The notes under the pieces: model-generated
What the model saw: only the letters and a program-made list of their open reading frames with translations
Databases searched by the model: none
What the model was told of the DNA's origin: nothing
In this document: piece by piece, positions 8,084-16,605 of the stretch
Layout of the letters: each line of letters begins with the position of its first letter
How positions within the stretch are numbered: the stretch's first letter is position 1
Translations under genes and position numbers: made by a program
Origin: a virus
Lineage: Duplodnaviria > Caudoviricetes
Reading direction: 5' to 3' (one strand)
Length of the DNA: 64,000 bases
IMG/VR virus record: IMGVR_UViG_3300006752_000019
Span: 22,972-86,971 of that record

Positions 8084-10446
8084 GTTGTTATATTACGTTG
8101 CTTTTTATCAAAAGTCAAGAGCTTTTCGAGGAAAATTTGCTTTTCTCCCTTCAAAATGGCTGGGGCGAGGCGTTTTTTGACCTCTTTTTCAAAATGGTCA
8201 TTCAATGACTGTATTTTATTGTCCTCTTCGGCAATATTGTCCACGAAGTTTTTAATGAATTTAAAATCAAAAACCAACTCGACTCCGCTCATTTTGAAGT
8301 TTTTGTTCATCTGGTGAAGTCGATTCCAAAGAACACGGCGCAAATCTCTCTTATTGAGTTCTCCAAGGAAAATATTGCTAGTAAAATACTTTGAGAGCGC
8401 TGGAGAGACTAATGATGTTGCCTCACCACTATTTCCGTTAAAACCCATAGACTTCTCGCTGGTTACATCACTTGTCAGGAAGAATTTACAGTTTGAGAAA
8501 TCAGCAATTTCTCCAGATGGCATCTGAAGCCTTCCATCTTTGAAGATCTCAGAGAATAGAGTGTATGTATTAGGATTGACTTTATGGAAGTCGTCAATAA
8601 TGATTACGCTATTAGGGTGGATCAAGACTTTCTCGCAAAGAGAAGTGTTATTTAGTCTTTCTGGAATGATCTTGTATTGTGCGTGTGCATCTGAGAAGTG
8701 AACGCCATTAAATGAAATAACATTCGCGCCCTCAATATCAAGGCATTCTTTTAGAAGCTTAGAAAACATACTTTTGCCGCTAAACTTCTCGCCATTCAAG
8801 CAGAACACGGCCTGAGAACCCTCTGAATCGTCAAATCCTAGATTTGAGAGCCTGATGTTTTCGTGCAGGTTTCTAATCTGTGCGTTGTTACCAACAAAGT
8901 GCTTAGAGAGATTGTCGAAGAAATTCTTTAGAGTTTGATCTTTGTGTAGGGGGTTTTCTTTTGTATCAAAAAATGATTTGAGTTGCTTGAGTGTTACAAT
9001 TGCGGGTTTAGTATCTCTTGAAGAAACCCAATCGGTAAACTGAGACTCAAACTCGGAAAAAAGCTTATCTGATTCTTTTACTGTCTCGTCAAGCACTTGA
9101 TCCTTGAGTTTCTGCAAGTCTTCGCTAATGCTCCAGAACTTAACTTTAGCTTGAGCGCCGCAATGATCAATTACGTCTACTGCTTTGTCTGGATAGCATT
9201 TGTTGGGCATGAACCGTTCGCAGTAATCCAAAACATTATCTAGAAATTCTTTTGAGTAGGTTACATGATGAAACTCTTCATAAAATTCTACGATAGATGG
9301 AACAATTTTTTCCATTTGGAATTTAGAAGGTTCTCTTACGGCTACACGCTCAAAGCGGCGATCCAATGCGCTGTCTTTTTTGATTGTGTTGGTATACTCG
9401 TTAATGGTGGTTGCGCCAATACAACTAATTGTGCCTCGCGCCAATTCTGGTTTAAGCATATTAGAAGCTTCCAGAGAGTTTTCTGAACTACCACCAGCAC
9501 CAACTAAAGTATGAACCTCGTCAATAAATAGAATCAAGTTCTCATGCTTCTTGGCTTCATTAACAAAGTTTTCCAAGCGTTCTTCAAATTGACCACGATA
9601 CTGTGTGCCAGCAACCATGTTCGACAAACTCAAAGAATAAATTACTTTATTAGCTAGTAGCTCTGGAGACTTTCCTTCTACAATGCTTGAGGCTAGTCCT
9701 TCTACAATCGAGGTTTTGCCTGTTCCTGCGGGGCCAACCAAAATGGCGTTAGGCTTTTTCTTTCTGCATAGGATGGTTGCCAGTTCTGCAATTTTTCCGT
9801 CAAAATCAATCACCTTGTCGAATTTGCCTTCAGCGGCTTTAATATTAAGGTTTTCAGCGAACTGAGAAAGGATTTCGTTCTCAGCAAACATATCCAGAAA
9901 CTCTGCCGTGGGTTCTGTGGATTCTGAGGATTCAAAGAGTTCTGGCACACCGCCATTACGGGGTTCAAATTCATTTTGCTCCTCAAATTCTTCGTCTCGC
10001 AAATAACAAGCAACCTTATCAATTAGCTTATCGGCAAATTCTGTATAATCGCCGTCTTCGTAAAATACTTCTTTAAAGACGGGAGGTGCAAATTCTGGAG
10101 TAAGAAGATTGATAAAGATTGCTTCGGGGGCAACATAATCAAGCTCAAATACTTCAAGAGAGATTTCTTCGCAGCATTCTAGGAATCTTTCAAGCTTAAA
10201 GGTGAAGTGGATGTTTTCCCTGTATTCGTATTTTCTCTTTTTTTCAACGCGCTTGATGCTCTTTGATAGAAGTGTTGCAAGAACTTCTTTGTTGTTAATG
10301 ATTGTCAAGCACCCCAACCCTAAATTAGAAAGAAAAACTGTGACAAATAAATCAATGTCAACGCTTTTTAGTTTAAGGTCTTGCGCGGCGCGTTTGCATT
10401 TTTCAAACACACCTTGTGTTTCTGGCAGGTATTTATCGTGTTTCAT
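8080..10446 (-). CDS. clpC: ClpA/ClpC-like double AAA+ chaperone/unfoldase
   Basis: Clp N-domain-like start; D1 GPAGTGKT / ILFIDEVH / LKPELARG / ALDRRF; short M-domain; D2 GEKFSGKS / IIIDDF; KSMGF loop. Start taken at MKHDK (10446). Confidence 0.8.
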   Translation of the reverse strand: MKHDKYLPETQGVFEKCKRAAQDLKLKSVDIDLFVTVFLSNLGLGCLTIINNKEVLATLLSKSIKRVEKKRKYEYRENIHFTFKLERFLECCEEISLEVFELDYVAPEAIFINLLTPEFAPPVFKEVFYEDGDYTEFADKLIDKVACYLRDEEFEEQNEFEPRNGGVPELFESSESTEPTAEFLDMFAENEILSQFAENLNIKAAEGKFDKVIDFDGKIAELATILCRKKKPNAILVGPAGTGKTSIVEGLASSIVEGKSPELLANKVIYSLSLSNMVAGTQYRGQFEERLENFVNEAKKHENLILFIDEVHTLVGAGGSSENSLEASNMLKPELARGTISCIGATTINEYTNTIKKDSALDRRFERVAVREPSKFQMEKIVPSIVEFYEEFHHVTYSKEFLDNVLDYCERFMPNKCYPDKAVDVIDHCGAQAKVKFWSISEDLQKLKDQVLDETVKESDKLFSEFESQFTDWVSSRDTKPAIVTLKQLKSFFDTKENPLHKDQTLKNFFDNLSKHFVGNNAQIRNLHENIRLSNLGFDDSEGSQAVFCLNGEKFSGKSMFSKLLKECLDIEGANVISFNGVHFSDAHAQYKIIPERLNNTSLCEKVLIHPNSVIIIDDFHKVNPNTYTLFSEIFKDGRLQMPSGEIADFSNCKFFLTSDVTSEKSMGFNGNSGEATSLVSPALSKYFTSNIFLGELNKRDLRRVLWNRLHQMNKNFKMSGVELVFDFKFIKNFVDNIAEEDNKIQSLNDHFEKEVKKRLAPAILKGEKQIFLEKLLTFDKKQRNITT
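8090..8118 (-). promoter_or_regulatory. Sigma70 promoter, leaderless type
   Basis: TTGACT-N17-TAATAT-N6-ATG. Confidence 0.7.
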
Positions 10447-12994
10447 GTTTTTTGAAGTCACTCAGCTTCATAAGAACAGAGGAGTTGATAACTTTGACGC
10501 TTTCTGCGAAAGAGCTATCGCTATCGCTCTTTGAACCAAAGATAACTACTATGTCTTCCTTTTTGACTGTATTGCGTTCCAAGAAATCTGTAAGTTTAGC
10601 ACTTCTAGCGTTATCCATAAAGATGAACTTGTGGTTGGCTGAGTTATCATTACCAAAGATCATCATATACTTATTACCATTTCTTGAAGTCCTTGTAAAG
10701 ACATCTTTTACTTGTAATACAGATTTAAAGTTACAGCCCTCGGAAAGATCAGAAACTTCTTTTAGGTCTTTGAGCATATTGTATTCATTATCAAAACAAT
10801 CTTTTAGTTTGTAAGAATAGCTATAGCCCAGCAAAGAGTTTTCATACCACCAGTATGTAAACTTGTGATGCTTCTTGTTTTCATTATAGATGCCGCGATA
10901 TTCAGAAAACTTTTTCTTAAATGTTTCGAATCGACTTGTCTTCATGATTGGGCGATTATCATCGCCAAGAGTTTGTTTTTCTACCACTTCTGCAATAGAA
11001 TCAAGAAGATCAAAGTTAAACCTCTCGCCAATCTTTTCAAAGTTGCGTTTCTCGCGATCTGTGAGCAGATTGAATGCTTGTGCTTCTAAGACTAGACGAA
11101 TGCGGTTCTCAGTGTTACTATCCATTGTGCCAGCCTGAATCAGAGCGGCGAGAACAGAGATGTTGATACCACACTCCTTAGCTGCAACGAAGGCGTGATA
11201 TTTATTATCAAATGTATTACCGCGAAACTTAACCAAGCTCTCAAGAGACTTCATAGAGATTCCTTTGATGCTGTTGAGTCCATAGCGAATATTGTCGCCC
11301 TCGATCTTGAAGTTTAAATCAGATTTAAATAAATCAGGTGGCAGTAACTTGATGCCGAAATCACAAAGCTCTTGATTTACAGATGAAATTGTGAGAAGGG
11401 GGTCTGGTTCGAACTCTGCTGCCTCCAGAACGCTCAAGAAAAACTCTTGAGGGTGTTTGTATTTGAGATACACTGTCTTTGCCGCCAGAGTCGCGTAAGC
11501 GAAGCTGTGAGACTTGTTGAAGGAGTAGTTAGCCGCAGCATCAAGGGCAGTCCAGAAGTAATCTGCAACAGATTCTTCCATGCCTTTTTCTTGAGCAGCA
11601 TTGTAAATCTTTTCTTTCCAAGGTTGCATTTTGTCAACCATTTTTTTACCCACGATGCGGCGAACATCATCGGCATCCTGAAGTGAGAAACCGAAGACTT
11701 GAGAAATACACTGCATGAGTGTTTCCTGATACAAGAATACGTTCTTGCTTTCACGCAGTAGTTCATCCATCACGGGGTGAACACCAAGTTCGCTTGGTGC
11801 GGTTTTCTGAGTGATATATTCATTAACGAATTGCAAGCTTGATGGTCGCGCCAAAGCCACAACGTCAGAAAGCTCTGCTAGGTTCATTGGTTTTACATCA
11901 CGACAAACTTGATAGTTTGTGTCAGCAGAAATTTGAAACAGACCCATCGGGTGATTGAAGTCTTGTAGCACACGATAGATTTTATTATCGTTTGGGTCGA
12001 TATCTTCAAGTCTCTCTCCAATCTTCTGACATGTCTTGTGGGCGATAGTCAGGGTGCGAAGACCAAGAATATCAAACTTAACCATCAAATCAGCAACATC
12101 ATGCATATTGTAGCCTGTTACAAGATCGCCATCCTTACTACGTTGAAGAGGGACAACATTGGTAATGTCTTGGCTACAAATTGCAATGCCTGATGGGTGG
12201 ACACCTGTATTCTTAATTAGACCTTCGATAATCAGCGCGTTCTTAATTGTGCGTTTATGCTTCTTAGTCCACTGCTCAAACTTTTCGTCTTCTTCGATTG
12301 CTTTGCTAAGAGGAAGAACGATGCCGTGTGCTTTAGGGATTAGATCACTTACGCTCTTTGCATCATCTTCAGATGCTTCATCAAAATATTTAGTGGCTTC
12401 GCGAATGCAAAGCTTAGAACTGAAAGTATTAAAGGTAAGAATTTTTGCGGTTCTACCTGCGTGAGTTTTTTCAATGTATTCAATAACCTTGCCACGCTTC
12501 TCGTAAGAGATATCGTTATCAATATCAGGCAACACGCTACCAACAAGAAACTCTTTGCCATGTTTGTCTGTAACCTTTCGCGCACGACTCTTGGATACGA
12601 ATCGTTCGAAGAAAAGTCCATGAGGGATTGGGTCAATGTCTGTAACACCAAGAAGATACAGAACCAATGATCCTGCCGCACTACCGCGACCACCGCCAAC
12701 TGGAATATCATTATCGTGACAGAAGTTAATTACATCCCAATTCAAAAGAATATAATCAATAAAGCCAAGTTCGCTCAAAGTTTCAAGTTCAAACTTGACG
12801 CGATCAATATAGTCCTGATTCTTTTCAAGGCCACGCTTGAGCATACCTTGATAGCAAAGCTTGCGAACGATTTCATAGTTTGAGCTGCCTTCTTTTAGTT
12901 CTAGCTCAGATAAAGTTTTTGCGTCAACAGGAGTGTTAGGAAGTTCGACTCCTTTCGGCTCTGCGTCATCGTATGGTTGGAAGTTTTTAAACAT
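10433..12994 (-). CDS. dnaE: DNA polymerase III alpha catalytic core (lacks the PHP domain)
   Basis: GRGSAAGSLV, FERF, PDIDND, HPSGI, KFDILGLRTL, YSFNKSHSFAY, IRYGLNSIKGI. Confidence 0.93.
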   Translation of the reverse strand: MFKNFQPYDDAEPKGVELPNTPVDAKTLSELELKEGSSNYEIVRKLCYQGMLKRGLEKNQDYIDRVKFELETLSELGFIDYILLNWDVINFCHDNDIPVGGGRGSAAGSLVLYLLGVTDIDPIPHGLFFERFVSKSRARKVTDKHGKEFLVGSVLPDIDNDISYEKRGKVIEYIEKTHAGRTAKILTFNTFSSKLCIREATKYFDEASEDDAKSVSDLIPKAHGIVLPLSKAIEEDEKFEQWTKKHKRTIKNALIIEGLIKNTGVHPSGIAICSQDITNVVPLQRSKDGDLVTGYNMHDVADLMVKFDILGLRTLTIAHKTCQKIGERLEDIDPNDNKIYRVLQDFNHPMGLFQISADTNYQVCRDVKPMNLAELSDVVALARPSSLQFVNEYITQKTAPSELGVHPVMDELLRESKNVFLYQETLMQCISQVFGFSLQDADDVRRIVGKKMVDKMQPWKEKIYNAAQEKGMEESVADYFWTALDAAANYSFNKSHSFAYATLAAKTVYLKYKHPQEFFLSVLEAAEFEPDPLLTISSVNQELCDFGIKLLPPDLFKSDLNFKIEGDNIRYGLNSIKGISMKSLESLVKFRGNTFDNKYHAFVAAKECGINISVLAALIQAGTMDSNTENRIRLVLEAQAFNLLTDREKRNFEKIGERFNFDLLDSIAEVVEKQTLGDDNRPIMKTSRFETFKKKFSEYRGIYNENKKHHKFTYWWYENSLLGYSYSYKLKDCFDNEYNMLKDLKEVSDLSEGCNFKSVLQVKDVFTRTSRNGNKYMMIFGNDNSANHKFIFMDNARSAKLTDFLERNTVKKEDIVVIFGSKSDSDSSFAESVKVINSSVLMKLSDFKKHETR

Positions 12995-13614
12995 TATAGA
13001 TCAAGACCTTTCTTCAATTTACAAAACACCTGAAAACACATCTTAACATCATACAACGCATTATGTAGCATCTTGGGGTCATGGTCAATATCCAAATGTT
13101 TCAAAAGCACACCCTGACTAACTTTGCTTTTTAGGCTGCGATCATTAATGATCTTGTATTGCCAAGAAAGGAAGTCGCCACTAGGCTTATCAAGATTCTC
13201 GCGGTAAGCCTTGCCTAGTGCGCGAGTATCGTAGATACGATCAATATAACTAAAGTCTGGTTCGATACCAAGCATTCGTTGCATTATAGCAACCATATAA
13301 ACATCAAAACCAAGTAAGTTCTGGCCAATGATAATATATTCTGGATCATAAAGATACTTGGCTAGATCATCATAAACGGCGCGAATACTTTCTTTCTTAG
13401 AATCATATGTGCGCTGATTATAGCCTGTCAATTTTTTAATCATGTCGGAAAGCTCAAGATCAGAATACTTGATAAAGCGATCTTGCTCTTCGACCACTTT
13501 ATTGCCTTCTCCCAAAACCCAAGATACTTGCCAAGGGCGAGAATAATAAAGATTCAGCCCTTCTGTTTCTGTATCGAAGCAGATGTATTTTTGATTGTAT
13601 TTAAGCTTTTTCAT
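12994..13614 (-). CDS. dnaQ: DEDDh 3'-5' exonuclease (Pol III epsilon / DnaQ-like)
   Basis: FDTETEG, GQNLLGFD, IYDT, HNALYDV. Start moved to ATG 13614 (MKKLK). Confidence 0.85.
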   Translation of the reverse strand: MKKLKYNQKYICFDTETEGLNLYYSRPWQVSWVLGEGNKVVEEQDRFIKYSDLELSDMIKKLTGYNQRTYDSKKESIRAVYDDLAKYLYDPEYIIIGQNLLGFDVYMVAIMQRMLGIEPDFSYIDRIYDTRALGKAYRENLDKPSGDFLSWQYKIINDRSLKSKVSQGVLLKHLDIDHDPKMLHNALYDVKMCFQVFCKLKKGLDL

Positions 13615-14293
13615 TTTCTTTCCAGCTTTCCCAAGAAAACTCTTGAGAACAAAAATGGTTAAGGTTTGGATTACCGAAGGTTGGAGACTTGCCGTGTGAG
13701 CGTTCGCATACAGCCTTGAACATTTGAAACGCCTCAAAGTCTTTACGATTCTCGTAGTAAATGCTTTTTACGGGTTCTGTAGCCACGCGCATCTTGTCGA
13801 GTGCGCGTTGAATCTGGAAATCAAACGGATGTTGATTGTTTTCTGAAAAGTAAACATGATCCACACCATCAAGATCCATCATGCTCATTCCAAAATGAAA
13901 AACATTATTGTAAACATATGAATCATAAAATGGAACTGCCACAAGAATATCATCTAGCTCAGATTTAACTTTGCCAAAGTCAAGAATATTCTTTTCGCTT
14001 GTGTAGGTTTTTGTATAGAGATTCTTTGCTTGCCTGATACCCTCGTTGTTTTTGGCGAAGAAGACAAGCTTGCTTGGTTTTTCATCGCCGTCATAAACCA
14101 CGGGAAGTTGAATGCCGAATATAAGCTTTTGTTCTGCATCAATACATTTTTGATTCAGATCTCGGAATCCATAGAAGCTATCCTCAACAACTGTCAAAGT
14201 ATCTAGCTTTGCTTCTTGAGCAAGGTCTAGTATTTTTTGGATTGACAAAATAGATTTGCCAACACTATACTGCGACTTTAATAAGGGTGTCAT
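13601..14293 (-). CDS. Stand-alone PHP domain of Pol III alpha (metal ligands degenerate)
   Basis: KSQYSVGKSILSI, VVEDSFYGF, KLIFGIQL, LVFFAKNNEG match the DnaE N-terminus, with His ligands replaced. Confidence 0.85.
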   Translation of the reverse strand: MTPLLKSQYSVGKSILSIQKILDLAQEAKLDTLTVVEDSFYGFRDLNQKCIDAEQKLIFGIQLPVVYDGDEKPSKLVFFAKNNEGIRQAKNLYTKTYTSEKNILDFGKVKSELDDILVAVPFYDSYVYNNVFHFGMSMMDLDGVDHVYFSENNQHPFDFQIQRALDKMRVATEPVKSIYYENRKDFEAFQMFKAVCERSHGKSPTFGNPNLNHFCSQEFSWESWKENEKA

Positions 14294-14300
14294 TGTTTAT

Positions 14301-14328
14301 ATGATACCCGCATTGCTTAAAATGTCAA
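14301..14328 (-). promoter_or_regulatory. Sigma70 promoter, leaderless type (PHP-exonuclease-DnaE operon)
   Basis: TTGACA-N16-TATCAT-N7-ATG. Confidence 0.7.
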
Positions 14329-14336
14329 GATAAATT

Positions 14337-15545
14337 CTACTGATTTGGATCAGGAAGGTCTAATTGTTGATCCTCTTCTTTTTTATGATTTTTTAATGCT
14401 TCCTTGAAGTCAATCATGGGGAGTTGGTGATGAACCCACTTATCCTCATAAATAAATACATCTAAGCCTTCAATTGTCCAGCCATGTTTCTTTAGTAGTC
14501 CTGCATAGAAACTCATTTGAAGAGCATACTTGGTTAGCTTGTTGGCTGGCAAGTGATCAAAAGGCGGCAAAGCTTTATGGTGTGACTCAATTACTTCAGC
14601 ATTGATATTAACCTTGTAGTCCTGCACACGCGCAATCTTTTTGCGGCGATCAATAATGGCAAGTCTATCGACAAGACCGCCCCAGCCTGTAGCTGAGTCT
14701 GTAATCAAAGCCTCTGCCACTACCTCTTCAACTTCAAACTTCTTGTCAAGACCATGCACGAGTCTATTGCAAGACTTGATGATCTTTTTAAGAATAGGAT
14801 GCTTTGGCATCGCATAGTTTTCTGTTTGAGGTTTGCCAGATTTTTTACGTGCAGCGGTGATTGTATTGCCTGTTGCTTCGTGATTAATATAATGTTCAAG
14901 AGCATAGTGAACCACGGTTCCAAAGTCTCCAGCAAGTTTGCCGTTTGAAGCCCAAAGGTCTTGAATCTCGTCTGATTCAACGCCCCAATATTTTGCACAT
15001 TGACGCGATACTCTGTCACCATCAAAAGGTTTGTAGAACCTCTTAATGAAAGTTGTGCCGCCTTTTAGCACTTTGTATTCTCCGTTGTAGCGCATATTGT
15101 AAATGTGCTGAGTATCATTGAAGTCAACGATGATATCAGGCTCGGAAAAAGAATGCTTGGTAATAATTACATCATTTTCAGAATAGTCCTTGTCTGGAAC
15201 CTTCAGGATAACATCAATACCAATTATCTCACAATTCTCAGACTTATCAAAACTAATAGAACCGTCTTCTCCCTTATACCATATCTGATCAATTTCTCCA
15301 TGAATAACATCAAGATTGCTGTGACACCAAGATTGAATAACAAAAGGAACGCCATCTTTCTTGCGAGGAACATAACCAATCTTTTGTTTTTGGTATTCGA
15401 TACGAATAGCTTTGGGATCGTATGTGTTTTCTGGCTCGGCAAAAAGAAACACGGTTTCTCCAATCTTAATATCTGCATATTTAAGATCTGGATTTTCTTT
15501 GAGAGTAAATGAAATACCCGCTACACCTACTGTTATTTTATTCAT
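14337..15545 (-). CDS. HIRAN domain fused to a PD-(D/E)XK exonuclease
   Basis: EPENTYDPKAIRI...IGYVP (HIRAN); GDFGTVVHYALE...GGLVDRL...VQDYK...YALQMSFY (nuclease). Start taken at MNKIT (15545). Confidence 0.75.
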   Translation of the reverse strand: MNKITVGVAGISFTLKENPDLKYADIKIGETVFLFAEPENTYDPKAIRIEYQKQKIGYVPRKKDGVPFVIQSWCHSNLDVIHGEIDQIWYKGEDGSISFDKSENCEIIGIDVILKVPDKDYSENDVIITKHSFSEPDIIVDFNDTQHIYNMRYNGEYKVLKGGTTFIKRFYKPFDGDRVSRQCAKYWGVESDEIQDLWASNGKLAGDFGTVVHYALEHYINHEATGNTITAARKKSGKPQTENYAMPKHPILKKIIKSCNRLVHGLDKKFEVEEVVAEALITDSATGWGGLVDRLAIIDRRKKIARVQDYKVNINAEVIESHHKALPPFDHLPANKLTKYALQMSFYAGLLKKHGWTIEGLDVFIYEDKWVHHQLPMIDFKEALKNHKKEEDQQLDLPDPNQ

Positions 15546-16605
15546 AATGGAATTTGTATTGTTTCTTAAATTTAAGCAGACTTGACCCGAAGGATTTGTT
15601 TGCGTTCTTCTTTCGGAACTCTGCGTCCATACTCTCTGCAATTTCAATCAGCGCTTCACAAGAAGCTTTGTGATCATAGTTTTTGCAACGAGTGTGATAT
15701 AATTGTATATCTTCGGGAGGCATGACTCCAAAATCGTTTTCATGCGGTGGCACAAAAAAGACAGTTTGAAAATCAACAACGTCTATCAACTTAAAGACAG
15801 ACTTAACTGCACCTTCAAAGCCAACATTGTTTTTGCTGTCAAAATCATTGTTGTATGAAATATAAATTCTTTTCAAGTCTAATGCTGAAAGTCTTGAGAT
15901 AAACTTGGGTGACATGGATACGCCGAAAGAAACTAGATTGTTTTTGATGCCCTCTTCGTAAAGTGAGAGAGAGTCACCAACAGACTCAACAATATGAACA
16001 GATTTGTTTTCTGCGATTGCTTGAGAGATAGAGTCGTCTACATAGTAGGGATAAAAGAAAGTGTTTTTCTTTCCTGTAATCAGCCATTTTGGGCCTTCAA
16101 ACTCTGAAAGTGTTTTGCGACCTGTAAAGCCATGAACTCGCCCATCAGAACGAACAATTGGAAAAACAAAGCGGCGATACATCTTGCCTTGCGTTGCAAG
16201 TCCTCCTTTATAAACTCTAAGAGTCTTTTCTGAGATTTTCTTGTTGATCTTTTGATATAGATCATACTGAGGCAAGAGTCTTTCGACACAACTGATTGGG
16301 TAGCTTTTTTCTTCTCTCAAGAGTTGTTTATGAGGTTGTCGCTCACCTTTGATAACACTGTTTGTGTTTTTTAGATAAGCTTTGAGTTGAATAGGATCGT
16401 TAGTTCCAAGTGTTTTTTGAACCAGAGCTTGAAAGGGCAGGTAGAGACTATCTTCTACAAAGTCTTTCCATACTCCAGAATCTTTATAGATTTGGATTGC
16501 TTGAGGGTTGTCGCCTCCACGATATACTGCTGTTGTTTGCCAGTATGCACCACAGTCCTTGAGGTTGTAACCCAAGTCTTCTAAAACTTTTTTGAAGTCG
16601 CTCAT
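15538..16605 (-). CDS. DNA primase (DnaG-like, TOPRIM)
   Basis: RFVFPI...VHGFTGR, PKWL, HIVESVGDSLSL, ISYNND. Lies next to the helicase. Confidence 0.8.
   Translation of the reverse strand: MSDFKKVLEDLGYNLKDCGAYWQTTAVYRGGDNPQAIQIYKDSGVWKDFVEDSLYLPFQALVQKTLGTNDPIQLKAYLKNTNSVIKGERQPHKQLLREEKSYPISCVERLLPQYDLYQKINKKISEKTLRVYKGGLATQGKMYRRFVFPIVRSDGRVHGFTGRKTLSEFEGPKWLITGKKNTFFYPYYVDDSISQAIAENKSVHIVESVGDSLSLYEEGIKNNLVSFGVSMSPKFISRLSALDLKRIYISYNNDFDSKNNVGFEGAVKSVFKLIDVVDFQTVFFVPPHENDFGVMPPEDIQLYHTRCKNYDHKASCEALIEIAESMDAEFRKKNANKSFGSSLLKFKKQYKFHYE

Noticed and set aside
13601-13620. Frameshift fusing PHP to the exonuclease at AAT GAA AAA GCT TAA / ATG AAA AAG
   Set aside because: It would need a +1 shift with no known signal. 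The same 14-nt overlap style occurs elsewhere (32459-32472), so ordinary translational coupling explains it.
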